Source: Synechococcus elongatus PCC 6301
GTDB taxonomy: Bacteria; Cyanobacteriota; Cyanobacteriia; Synechococcales; Synechococcaceae
Assembly: GCF_000010065.1 (NCBI RefSeq)
Contig: NC_006576.1
Coordinates: 2,490,001-2,522,000 of the forward strand
Direction of reading: 5' to 3'
DNA length: 32,000 nucleotides
The translations under genes were made by a program, and so were the position numbers. Each line of letters opens with the position of its first letter. The first letter of the stretch is position 1. Positions 1 to 8,087 of the stretch are shown piece by piece. The notes below the pieces were generated by a model. The model was not told the origin of the DNA and did not search any database. It saw only the letters and a program-made list of their open reading frames with translations.

Positions 1-522
1 GCCCAGAATCATGACAGTGCCAGGGCTAACGCCGGGAACCCCGCCGAGCAAAACCCCCCGTCCGCCTTGCTGCCGCTCTAGGAAACGAGCGCCAAATTGT
101 ACCGACAGCCGTCCGGCAATCCGGCTCATCGGCATCAGTAGGGGCAAGCTGCCATTGCGGGCGGTCACGGTTTCGTAGGCGATCGCAGTGGTTCCGCTGG
201 CTAGGAGGCGCTCTGTTAGTGGGCGATCGGCGGCGAGGTGCAGGTAGGTGAAGAGCAGCAGATCAGGCCGCAGATAGTCGTACTCTGCTGGCAGGGGCTC
301 CTTAACCTTGACAACTAGGGGGTGTTGCCAGGCCTCGGTAGCTGTGGCGACCACCTTGGCCCCAGCCAGTAAATAATCCTCGTCCTGAAACCCGGAACCG
401 ACACCCGCCCCTTGCTCGATCCAGATCTGGTGCCCCTGTAGGGCTAAAGCCCGCACACTAGCAGGGCTCAGTCCCACCCGAAATTCTTGATCCTTGAGCT
501 CACGCGGCACTCCGATGTCCAT
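1..522 (-). CDS. ald: Alanine dehydrogenase, N-terminal part (continues beyond the window start)
   Basis: My own minus-strand translation from CAT at 520-522 gives MDIGVPRELKDQEFRVGLSPASVRALALQGHQIWIEQGAGVGSGFQDEDYLLAGAKVV..., the typical alanine dehydrogenase N-terminus. It is open to the window edge, so it is absent from the ORF track. Confidence 0.9.
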   Translation of the reverse strand, partial: MDIGVPRELKDQEFRVGLSPASVRALALQGHQIWIEQGAGVGSGFQDEDYLLAGAKVVATATEAWQHPLVVKVKEPLPAEYDYLRPDLLLFTYLHLAADRPLTERLLASGTTAIAYETVTARNGSLPLLMPMSRIAGRLSVQFGARFLERQQGGRGVLLGGVPGVSPGTVMILG

Positions 523-630
523 GCTGCGGTCCCGACTGAACGGGCTTATTGTGGCAGATTCCAGGGATCGCGGGGGTCATCCCCGTTTGTTGACAGAATG
601 AAACATGATAAAGACAGGCATTCTGCTGCT

Positions 631-801
631 ATGGCCATGCTCGAACCTACTGTGACCCCCCACCGCGATCGCCCCCGCTTTGGCTTCAATGAGACTGCCG
701 AAAAGCTGAACGGGCGTTTGGCGATGCTGGCCTTCGTCACCCTGATTGCTTTTGAACTCACGACGCACGAGGGCTTCCTGCATTGGCTCGGTCTGGTCTA
801 G
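631..801 (+). CDS. High-light-inducible protein (one-helix Hli/CAB-like), 56 aa
   Basis: The ATG at 631 within ORF 487..801 gives [56 protein letters not shown], with the ExxNGRxAM chlorophyll-binding signature. Confidence 0.9.
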   Translation: MAMLEPTVTPHRDRPRFGFNETAEKLNGRLAMLAFVTLIAFELTTHEGFLHWLGLV

Positions 802-812
802 AACCGCAAACG

Positions 813-1868
813 GTGACTGATGCTACCCCTTTGCTGGGGCGATCGCTCCCAGAACTACAGGACTGGGTCGTGGCACAGGGGCAGCCAAGCTATCGGGCCA
901 AGCAACTGTACCAATGGCTCTACGAGCGGAGCATTCACAATTTGGCGGAGATTAGCGTCTTCCCCAAGGCTTGGCGGCAGAGTTTGCAAGCGGTGCCGGT
1001 GGGGCGATCGCAAATTGTCGATCGCAGTGTTTCCCCTAGCGGCTCCATTAAATACCTACTGCGGCTCCACGATGGCGAAATTATTGAAGCGGTCGGCATT
1101 CCCTCGGGCGATCGCCTGACGGTCTGTGTCTCATCGCAGCTGGGTTGTGCCATGGCCTGCGATTTTTGTGCCACGGGCAAAGGCGGCTTCCGGCGGCATC
1201 TAGCGCCCCACGAAATCATCGATCAGGTGTTGACTGTTCAGGAAGACTGGCAACAACGGGTCAGCAATATTGTCTTTATGGGGATGGGCGAGCCTTTGCT
1301 CAACCTCGATGCTGTGCTGGCGGCGATTCGCTGCCTCAACCAAGACATCGGTATTGGCCAGCGCGGAATCACCGTCTCGACTGTCGGCATCCCCGGCCAC
1401 ATTCGCCGCTTAGCAGAAACCAAACGGGTGGGCGATCGCCCCCTGCAATTCACCTTGGCGGTCAGTCTCCACGCCCCCAACCAAGCGATCCGCGATCGCC
1501 TGATTCCCAGCTCACGCCACTACCCAATCACCGACTTGCTGCAGGAATGCCGCGACTATGTTCAGATCACGGGGCGGCGAGTCACCTTCGAGTACATTCT
1601 GCTGGCGGGGCTAAACGATCAGCCCGAGCAGGCAGAACAACTAGCCCAGCTCCTCCGGGGGTTCCAGAGTCACGTCAACCTCATCCCTTGCAACCCCATT
1701 GATGAGGTTGAATATCAACGCCCCAGCAAAGCGCGGGTGGATGCCTTTGCCGACGCCCTGCGTCAACAGCGGGTAGCGGTCACAGTGCGCTGGTCTAAAG
1801 GTCTTGGCGCCGATGCCGCCTGTGGTCAGCTGCGAGCCAACCGTTCCACCGCGACGCTCCCTGCCTAG
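813..1868 (+). CDS. rlmN: 23S rRNA (adenine(2503)-C(2))-methyltransferase RlmN, radical SAM
   Basis: ORF 783..1868 contains [12 protein letters not shown] (CxxxCxxC radical SAM motif), [10 protein letters not shown] and LIPCNP. GTG at 813 is preferred over TTG at 783, which overlaps the hli gene. The exact start is uncertain. Confidence 0.93.
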   Translation: MTDATPLLGRSLPELQDWVVAQGQPSYRAKQLYQWLYERSIHNLAEISVFPKAWRQSLQAVPVGRSQIVDRSVSPSGSIKYLLRLHDGEIIEAVGIPSGDRLTVCVSSQLGCAMACDFCATGKGGFRRHLAPHEIIDQVLTVQEDWQQRVSNIVFMGMGEPLLNLDAVLAAIRCLNQDIGIGQRGITVSTVGIPGHIRRLAETKRVGDRPLQFTLAVSLHAPNQAIRDRLIPSSRHYPITDLLQECRDYVQITGRRVTFEYILLAGLNDQPEQAEQLAQLLRGFQSHVNLIPCNPIDEVEYQRPSKARVDAFADALRQQRVAVTVRWSKGLGADAACGQLRANRSTATLPA

Positions 1869-2114
1869 GGCAAATAGTGGCGAGCGAGGCCGCTGTTGCT
1901 TCTACATTCAATCCCGAGGTCAGAATCGGCTGTGCTGCTGCGATCGGTCACTCCCCCTGTAGCGATCGCCAGTCCAGGTTGAATTTCTCCTTGAGATCCT
2001 TGGAGACTGCGACAAGGATCTGGACGCTGCCAGCCAAAAACAAGAGCGATCGCTGGGTTGAAGCGATCGCTCTCAGGGGATCTGAATTGTCAACCAACCT
2101 AGGGCTGGCTTGGG

Positions 2115-2306
2115 TCAACCCCACTGAGGCGGGCGAGATCCGATGCCAGGCGCGTAGGCTTCAATCACGCGGCCGGTGAGGCTGCAGGTCACTAATAAAT
2201 AGTCGCAGCAGGGGCATTGGGTTTGCAGCACTTGACGGCTGGCAAAATGCTCCCGTTCTGCGGGGCGACCGCAATTGGGGCAGCGAATTTGTTGAATCGT
2301 TGGCAT
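2115..2306 (-). CDS. Small zinc-ribbon conserved hypothetical protein (~63 aa)
   Basis: The internal start gives MPTIQQIRCPNCGRPAEREHFASRQVLQTQCPCCDYLLVTCSLTGRVIEAY, with two CxxC pairs (CPNC and CPCC). Confidence 0.7.
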   Translation of the reverse strand: MPTIQQIRCPNCGRPAEREHFASRQVLQTQCPCCDYLLVTCSLTGRVIEAYAPGIGSRPPQWG

Positions 2307-2774
2307 GGCTAAATCGATCCTTAGTCCGCAAGAGAGAACAGGCTGCATTAACAGTTTTTGTATTCCGATTTTTGATTCAGAATCGGCTATTACAGGCATC
2401 ATATCGGCGAAAACTAGTCGGGGATCAAGAGAAAGCTGCTAACTTTCTTTAGTTTCCAGAAAAACCTAGCAGGGCAAAAGCTTTGGAGAAATTGGAAATT
2501 TTCCTAAAAGCTTCAAATAACTACATCACAATTTTGTCTTGGCTTCCTGTTGGCTAAGCAACATTTTTGGAGATGACTCCAAGTCGAATGGTCCAGCTCA
2601 GCGCGATCGCTCAACAGAAATCAAACCGATTTACAGTGCCATATCGATCGACTACAAAACTGTGGGGATTCCTAAAGACTTCCTAAAGGTGATCGCTCCT
2701 CACATCTGTCTGAGGCGCTTTCAATCAACGGAACAGGGGTGCGAAGATGGGGCCGCAGTCAGCCCTTTACCACG

Positions 2775-4556
2775 ATGCAGCTTCTGGATTGGTTGGTCAT
2801 CGGCCTCTATTTAATACTCAGCTTGGTCATCGGCCTCTACTTTGCCCGCCGAGCCTCGCGGGGAATTGAAGACTTTTTCCTGTCGGGGCGATCGCTGCCT
2901 TGGTGGCTGTCGGGAGCCAGTATGGCCGCCACCACCTTCTCGGTGGATACGCCACTTTATGTCGCCGGTCTGGTCGGAACGCGGGGCATCGCCGGTAACT
3001 GGGAATGGTGGTGCTTTGGTCTGGCACACGTCAGCCTGATCTACGTCTTTGCCCGTCTATGGCGGCGATCGGAGATTATGACCGATGCGGAGCTGACGGA
3101 ACTGCGCTACGGCGGTCAGACAGCTGCTTGGTTGCGCGGCATCAAAGCTTTTCTGTTCGCCGTGCCGATCAACTGCATAGGCATTGGCTACGCGATTCTG
3201 GCGATGACCAAGACGATTGAGGCCTTGGGCATTTGGGACAGTTTGGGCCTCGATGTCGGTGAAAATGGCCGCCTTTGGAGTGTGATCGCCATCTGTGCGC
3301 TGGTGCTGGCCTACGCTGGCGTGTCGGGTCTTTGGGGTGTTGTCGTCACTGATTTTGTGCAGTTGCTACTGGCGCTGTTGGGGGCGTTGGTGGTGGCGGC
3401 GAGTGCTGTCAGCAGCTTGGGCGGTATGTCCGCCTTGGTGGAACGGCTGCAGAGCAGTGGTCTGGAGCGATCGCTCGATTTCCTGCCCTTCCGCTGGAGT
3501 GGCGGTAGTTTTGACTGGACCGAAAGTGCAGGTCTGACCACCACGACCTTCTTGGCCTATCTGGGGCTGCAGTGGTGGACCTTCCGTCGCAGTGATGGCG
3601 GTGGGGAATTTATTCAGCGACTAGCGGCCTCGCGCACAGAAGGCGATGCGGTCAAGGCGGTTTGGCTGTTCAACATCATTAACTATGTGGTGCGGACTTG
3701 GCCCTGGGTGATTGTTGGGCTCGCCGCCTTGGTGATCTACCCCAACCTCAGCGATCGCGAGTTGGGTTATCCCAAGTTGATGCTGGACTTTCTGCCGCCG
3801 GGTCTGTTGGGACTGGTTGTCGCTTCCCTGCTGGCGGCGTTCATGAGCACTGTTTCGACATCGATCAACTGGGGCGCCTCTTATCTGACCAATGACCTTT
3901 ACCGCCGCTTTTGGCGACCCCAGGCGACAGCAGCAGAACTGGTGACCGTCGGGCGGCTGGCGTCGGTCGCTGTGACGGTGTTGGGAGCAGTGACTGCCTT
4001 CTTTAGCAACGATGTCGGCACGGTCTTCCGCTTGGTGATTGCGATCGGGACTGGCCCTGGTGTCGTGCTGATTTTGCGCTGGTACTGGTGGCGGATCAAT
4101 GCAGCGGCGGAATTGGCGGCGATGCTGGCCGGCTTTATCGTCGGGCTCTCCACCTCCGTTCTGCCCTGGCTGCAAATTCCTGACTTTGGTCTGCGGCTCC
4201 TAGTAACGACCCTGATTTCTGCGGCGATTTGGGTGACGGTGATGCTATTGACCCCGCCCGAATCAGAAGCCGTGTTGCAGCAGTTTTATGTTCGGATTCG
4301 TCCGGGTGGCCCAGGCTGGCGACGGCAACAACAGGCCTCGGGGCTGGATTCGCTGCAGGATCTGCGCATTGATGGACTGCGGATTCTGGCCGCTTCGTGC
4401 CTGTTATTCGGCAGTATGTTCAGTGTTGGGGGCTTCCTGCTCTTTCAACCCCTGAGGGGCTGGCTTGCGTCGCTGACTGCCGTGATTGGTGGTGTTTGGT
4501 TACGGCAGCTCAGTCGTCATCGTCTTCCTACGCCGCTTTCCAAGTTGCCCTCATGA
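2775..4556 (+). CDS. Sodium:solute symporter (SSF) family transporter
   Basis: Long polytopic membrane protein: MQLLDWLVIGLYLILSLVIGLYFARRASRGIEDFFLSGRSLPWWLSGASMAATTFSVDTPLYVAGLVGTRG. This is the typical SSF N-terminus. The ORF track start at 2739 is probably too early. Confidence 0.9.
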   Translation: MQLLDWLVIGLYLILSLVIGLYFARRASRGIEDFFLSGRSLPWWLSGASMAATTFSVDTPLYVAGLVGTRGIAGNWEWWCFGLAHVSLIYVFARLWRRSEIMTDAELTELRYGGQTAAWLRGIKAFLFAVPINCIGIGYAILAMTKTIEALGIWDSLGLDVGENGRLWSVIAICALVLAYAGVSGLWGVVVTDFVQLLLALLGALVVAASAVSSLGGMSALVERLQSSGLERSLDFLPFRWSGGSFDWTESAGLTTTTFLAYLGLQWWTFRRSDGGGEFIQRLAASRTEGDAVKAVWLFNIINYVVRTWPWVIVGLAALVIYPNLSDRELGYPKLMLDFLPPGLLGLVVASLLAAFMSTVSTSINWGASYLTNDLYRRFWRPQATAAELVTVGRLASVAVTVLGAVTAFFSNDVGTVFRLVIAIGTGPGVVLILRWYWWRINAAAELAAMLAGFIVGLSTSVLPWLQIPDFGLRLLVTTLISAAIWVTVMLLTPPESEAVLQQFYVRIRPGGPGWRRQQQASGLDSLQDLRIDGLRILAASCLLFGSMFSVGGFLLFQPLRGWLASLTAVIGGVWLRQLSRHRLPTPLSKLPS

Positions 4557-4705
4557 TCAACATCCTGCGTCAGTACGTTCTACCCTTGCTGATTGTGCTG
4601 ACTTTCTTTGTGGCGCTGGTGGCTGTTAGTGCCCGTGCCTTCCTGCCCGATGACATGTCTGCGCCTGCCCCGATCGAACCGGCTGCCGTGCTGTTGTGGC
4701 GGTAG
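4553..4705 (+). CDS. 50-aa single-TM hypothetical peptide coupled to the symporter
   Basis: ATG at 4553 overlaps the symporter TGA (ATGA, 4553-4556). Translation: MINILRQYVLPLLIVLTFFVALVAVSARAFLPDDMSAPAPIEPAAVLLWR, with one hydrophobic helix. Confidence 0.6.
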   Translation: MINILRQYVLPLLIVLTFFVALVAVSARAFLPDDMSAPAPIEPAAVLLWR

Positions 4706-5160
4706 CGTTGCCCGCTGGCTATGACTGGCAGCTGGGGCATCCTTGCGATCGCACTCAGCTGTTGGACTATTTGCAGGCTAGCGTGCGGGAGAGTCTGGGA
4801 TCTGCCTCGCCCCTAGGCCACCTCAGCTCAACCCTCGATCGCTTTCTCAGCCGCGAAACCCCGATCTGGTGGGTGGTGACGGCTCGCGATCGCCAAATCG
4901 TGGGGGGGCTTTGGGCCGGGCGATCGCAGGAACAGCGACGGGGCGATCGCCAAACCCATGTTTTTCTGGTCTACGTCGAGCCAAGTCATCGCCGCCGAGG
5001 ACTGGCGACTGCTCTTTTGATGCAGGCCGAAGAGTGGGCGCGGGCACAAGGCGATCGCGGCCTCAGTCTTCAGGTCTATGCTGACAATCCCGGAGCGATC
5101 GCCCTTTACCAACGCGCTGGTTTTAGTGTCGAGAGCCTGAATCTCAGTAAGCCCCTGTAG
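4696..5160 (+). CDS. GNAT-family N-acetyltransferase (RimI-like)
   Basis: Contains VFLVYVEPSHRRRGLATALLMQAEEWARAQGDRGLSLQVYADNPGAIALYQRAGF, the canonical acetyl-CoA binding motif and C-terminal signature. GTG start; the exact start is uncertain. Confidence 0.85.
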   Translation: MAVALPAGYDWQLGHPCDRTQLLDYLQASVRESLGSASPLGHLSSTLDRFLSRETPIWWVVTARDRQIVGGLWAGRSQEQRRGDRQTHVFLVYVEPSHRRRGLATALLMQAEEWARAQGDRGLSLQVYADNPGAIALYQRAGFSVESLNLSKPL

Positions 5161-5279
5161 CCAAATGCTCAAAAGCGCCAGCCTGCCGCCGGGGGGCTAA
5201 AAGCGGTGAGGGCTGATTGTTAGCACAAGGAGCGCGGGATGGATCGCTCCGGAAGCCCTCTTTAGCTAAAGTATTTTTT

Positions 5280-6032
5280 ATGCGTAGTGATGATCTCTAC
5301 TTGATTGAGGACATGGAAACGGCCTTAGCCGACCCCCTCGATCAGCTCCTCCAAGCGGAAGACACCACCCCGCCAGATCCTGAAGTGATGCTGGCGCAGC
5401 TTCAGGATGCCAACGCCCTCAATCGTTTGGCAGCCGTTCGGGCTTTTGCGGCATTGACTGAGCCCAAGGCAATTCCTGCCCTGATCAAAGCGCTGGATGA
5501 TAGCTGCTCCAATATCCGAACCGCCGCCGCCTATGCTTTGGGGCGCAACGTCAGCCACCAAGCTGTTGACGTTTTGATTGAGTGTCTGCGCCACGATCAG
5601 AACGACAATGTGCGGAAGGCCATCGCTTGGGCACTGGGCAACTATAGCGATCGCCGCTCGATTCAACCCCTGATTGAAGCCCTGCGCCGTGACATCGCCC
5701 CAGTTCGCCTCTGGGCAGCGAGTTCCTTGGGCAATACTGCCGTTGTCGACTACGAGACTGTCATCGGTGCTGTTCCTAGTCTGATTGAAGCCCTGCGCCG
5801 CGATGCGGAAGCGGATGTTCGCAGCAACTGCGCTTGGGCACTCGGTCAACTCTGCCGACCCCTACCGGCCAACATTGTCTATGCGACTGTCATTGACGCG
5901 TTGATTGAAGCGTTGGTCGAAGACGAGGATCTGAGCGTGCGCGAAGATGCCAAAGCCTCGCTGTTGCAGGTAGGTGATGCTCGCGCTTTGCAAATGATTG
6001 AAACGCTGCAGCAGGATGGCTTGCTCTGGTAA
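5280..6032 (+). CDS. HEAT/PBS-lyase-like repeat protein
   Basis: Repeated units such as AIPALIKALDDSCSNIRTAAAYALG, AVDVLIECLRHDQNDNVRKAIAWALG, SIQPLIEALRRDIAPVRLWAASSLG and VPSLIEALRRDAEADVRSNCAWALG. The ATG at 5280 (MRSDDLYLIEDMETALADPLD) fits best. Confidence 0.85.
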   Translation: MRSDDLYLIEDMETALADPLDQLLQAEDTTPPDPEVMLAQLQDANALNRLAAVRAFAALTEPKAIPALIKALDDSCSNIRTAAAYALGRNVSHQAVDVLIECLRHDQNDNVRKAIAWALGNYSDRRSIQPLIEALRRDIAPVRLWAASSLGNTAVVDYETVIGAVPSLIEALRRDAEADVRSNCAWALGQLCRPLPANIVYATVIDALIEALVEDEDLSVREDAKASLLQVGDARALQMIETLQQDGLLW

Positions 6033-6271
6033 GTAGGGAGGGTTCGCTTTGAGAAGCGATCGCAGTCTGATAGGGCTTAGCGAGGTGGATGGATGCAGGG
6101 CGATCGCACCATTGGCTGCCGTCATTGGCTGCTGGGTCAAAAACCTAATTACCGAGCCTTAACCTCATCGAATATTTGAGCTACGGTAAGAGCATCTTGC
6201 GACAGCCTACTCGGTTTGTCCTGATCATTGTCTGAGTCGTTCTCCGCATCCCGATCGCTTGGATTGCTGCT

Positions 6272-6475
6272 ATGACCCTAGAAACGCTGGAATTTGTCAT
6301 TCATCCCGATGGTCGGGTTGAAGAGCAAGTGACGGGGATTCAGGGTAAGCACTGTACAGAAATCACCGCAGAAATCGAAGCTCAGCTAGGGCAGGTTGTT
6401 ACACACCAACCTTCAGCTGATTACTTTGCCAATGCTGTAGTGGTTGCATCAGTTGAGCAATCCACGGTCCATTGA
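6272..6475 (+). CDS. DUF2997-type small conserved protein
   Basis: MTLETLEFVIHPDGRVEEQVTGIQGKHCTEITAEIEAQLGQV. Both the sequence and the position immediately upstream of a ycf35 homolog match this family. Confidence 0.8.
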   Translation: MTLETLEFVIHPDGRVEEQVTGIQGKHCTEITAEIEAQLGQVVTHQPSADYFANAVVVASVEQSTVH

Positions 6476-6517
6476 TCGCGATCGCCTGCCCAGTTCGTTT
6501 GTCGGATAGAGGTTTTT

Positions 6518-6904
6518 ATGTCTCACTTCAGCCGCATCAAAACACAGATTCGTAACCTCAACTTTCTTCAGTCGGCATTGACAGACCTCGGCATCGACTG
6601 GAAAGCAGGGCCTGTGCCTGTGCGGGGCTACCAAGGACAAACAGAAACGGCCACGGTGGCGATCGAGCAAAACAATGGCTACGACATTGGCTTCCGCTGG
6701 AATGGCCAAGAGTATGAACTGGTGGCTGACCTGCAATATTGGCAGCAACCTCTGACGGTGGAGCGTTTCCTCAGCCGAGTTACCCAGCGCTACGCCTATC
6801 GCACAGTACTGTCGACCACGGCCGATCAAGGCTTCCAAGTAGCGGAAGAAGTGAAGCAGGCGGATGGTTCGATTCGCTTGGTCGTCCAGCGCTGGAATGG
6901 CTAA
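6518..6904 (+). CDS. ycf35: Ycf35/DUF1257 homolog
   Basis: MSHFSRIKTQIRNLNFLQSALTDLGIDWKAGPVPVRGYQGQTETATVAIEQNNGYDIGFRWNGQEYELVADLQYW is typical of DUF1257/Ycf35. Confidence 0.85.
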   Translation: MSHFSRIKTQIRNLNFLQSALTDLGIDWKAGPVPVRGYQGQTETATVAIEQNNGYDIGFRWNGQEYELVADLQYWQQPLTVERFLSRVTQRYAYRTVLSTTADQGFQVAEEVKQADGSIRLVVQRWNG

Positions 6905-7296
6905 TGACGACGCCGGACCGTAGCGGGCTAGAACCAGAACTCGGAGGCAGTCTCCGTCATGGTCAAGCCCGCAGCGGCCTAGAGCCAGAGCTTGGGGGTG
7001 AGCTGCGTCAGAAATTAGTCTGGGTAGACGAAGTGACCTGCATCGGCTGCCGCTACTGTTCCCACGTTGCCACCAATACCTTCTACATCGAGCCGGACTA
7101 CGGGCGATCGCGAGTGGTTCGGCAGAATGGTGACCCTGAAGAGCTCGTTCAAGAGGCGATTGATACCTGTCCCGTGGATTGCATCCACTGGGTCAATCCC
7201 AGCGAACTCCGTCAACTAGAAGCTGAACGTCGCAATCAAGTCATCATGCCGCTGGGCTTTCCCCAAGAGCGCTCGAAACAACGGCGACGAACTTAA
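6904..7296 (+). CDS. Bacterial-type Fe-S ferredoxin with duplicated N-terminal motif
   Basis: ATG at 6904 overlaps the ycf35 TAA. MTTPDRSGLEPELGGSLRHGQARSGLEPELGGELRQKLVWVDEVTCIGCRYCSHVATNTFYIEPDYG...AIDTCPVDCIHWV has CxxCxxC plus a distal CPxxC motif. Confidence 0.88.
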   Translation: MTTPDRSGLEPELGGSLRHGQARSGLEPELGGELRQKLVWVDEVTCIGCRYCSHVATNTFYIEPDYGRSRVVRQNGDPEELVQEAIDTCPVDCIHWVNPSELRQLEAERRNQVIMPLGFPQERSKQRRRT

Positions 7297-7298
7297 AC

Positions 7299-8060
7299 GT
7301 GTCTTTCTCTGATCATTTCTCAGCGGTCGCAGCCAGCTATGCCAAGGCTCGGCCTCGCTATCCGCAGCGTTGGTTCCGCTACTTGGCGCGCATAGTACCC
7401 GATCGCCAGCGGGTTTGGGATTGCGCCACGGGCAATGGTCAAGCGGCGATCGCCCTTGCGGAATACTTCAGCGAAGTGATTGGCAGCGATGCCAGTGCTG
7501 CTCAAGTTCGACAGGCCCGATCGCATCCGCGCGTTCAGTATCTAGTCTTTCCGGCGGAAGCGACCCCTTTAGCACCTGCCAGTCTGGATTTAATCACCGT
7601 TGCTCAAGCGGCTCATTGGTTTGATCTGCCGCAGTTTTACATCGAGGCGCAACGGCTGCTACGCCCGGGCGGGGTGATTGCCCTCTGGGGCTACGGTCTA
7701 GGCAGCCTCAATCCGGCGATCGATCACGTCTTCAATCACTTTTATCGCGACTGGCTGGATCCCTATTGGCCCCCAGAACGGCAATGGGTGGAGCAAGCCT
7801 ACGAGGGGCTCTCCTTCCCCTTTGAGCCGCTGCCGACGCCGACCTTTTCGATGCAGTGCGATTGGACCCTGTTCGATTTGTTGGCCTATCTGCGGACTTG
7901 GTCTGGGGTGCAGCAATTTCAACGGCAGCGCGGCTTCGATCCGGTCTGGGCGATCGCGCCAGAACTGCAACGGGTTTGGGGCGATCCCCAGCGCTATCGC
8001 CGCATCACTTGGCCCCTGTTTGCCAAGGTGGGTCGCTGGCAGCCCGATCGCGTTCGTTAG
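7299..8060 (+). CDS. Class I SAM-dependent methyltransferase
   Basis: MSFSDHFSAVAASYAKARPRYPQRWFRYLARIVPDRQRVWDCATGNGQAAIALAEYFSEVIGSDASAAQVRQA contains the motif I-like DCATGNGQAA. Confidence 0.85.
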   Translation: MSFSDHFSAVAASYAKARPRYPQRWFRYLARIVPDRQRVWDCATGNGQAAIALAEYFSEVIGSDASAAQVRQARSHPRVQYLVFPAEATPLAPASLDLITVAQAAHWFDLPQFYIEAQRLLRPGGVIALWGYGLGSLNPAIDHVFNHFYRDWLDPYWPPERQWVEQAYEGLSFPFEPLPTPTFSMQCDWTLFDLLAYLRTWSGVQQFQRQRGFDPVWAIAPELQRVWGDPQRYRRITWPLFAKVGRWQPDRVR

Positions 8061-8087
8061 GATCACAGAGCCGCCCGATCCACTCCG

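Noticed and set aside
571-595. Short inverted repeat CGGGG-GTCAT-CCCCG followed by TTGACA (590-595) upstream of the hli gene
   Set aside because: The stem is only 5 bp and no good -10 box lies at standard spacing from the TTGACA. Too weak to call as a regulatory element without TSS data.
1877-2179. Plus-strand ORF of 100 aa after rlmN
   Set aside because: It overlaps the end of the opposite-strand zinc-ribbon gene, has no recognised motif and no clear RBS. It may be non-coding.
3621-4175. Long minus-strand ORF (184 aa) inside the symporter gene
   Set aside because: It is fully antisense to a clearly recognisable SSF transporter. The low-complexity His/Arg/Gln-rich composition is typical of a shadow ORF in GC-rich coding DNA.
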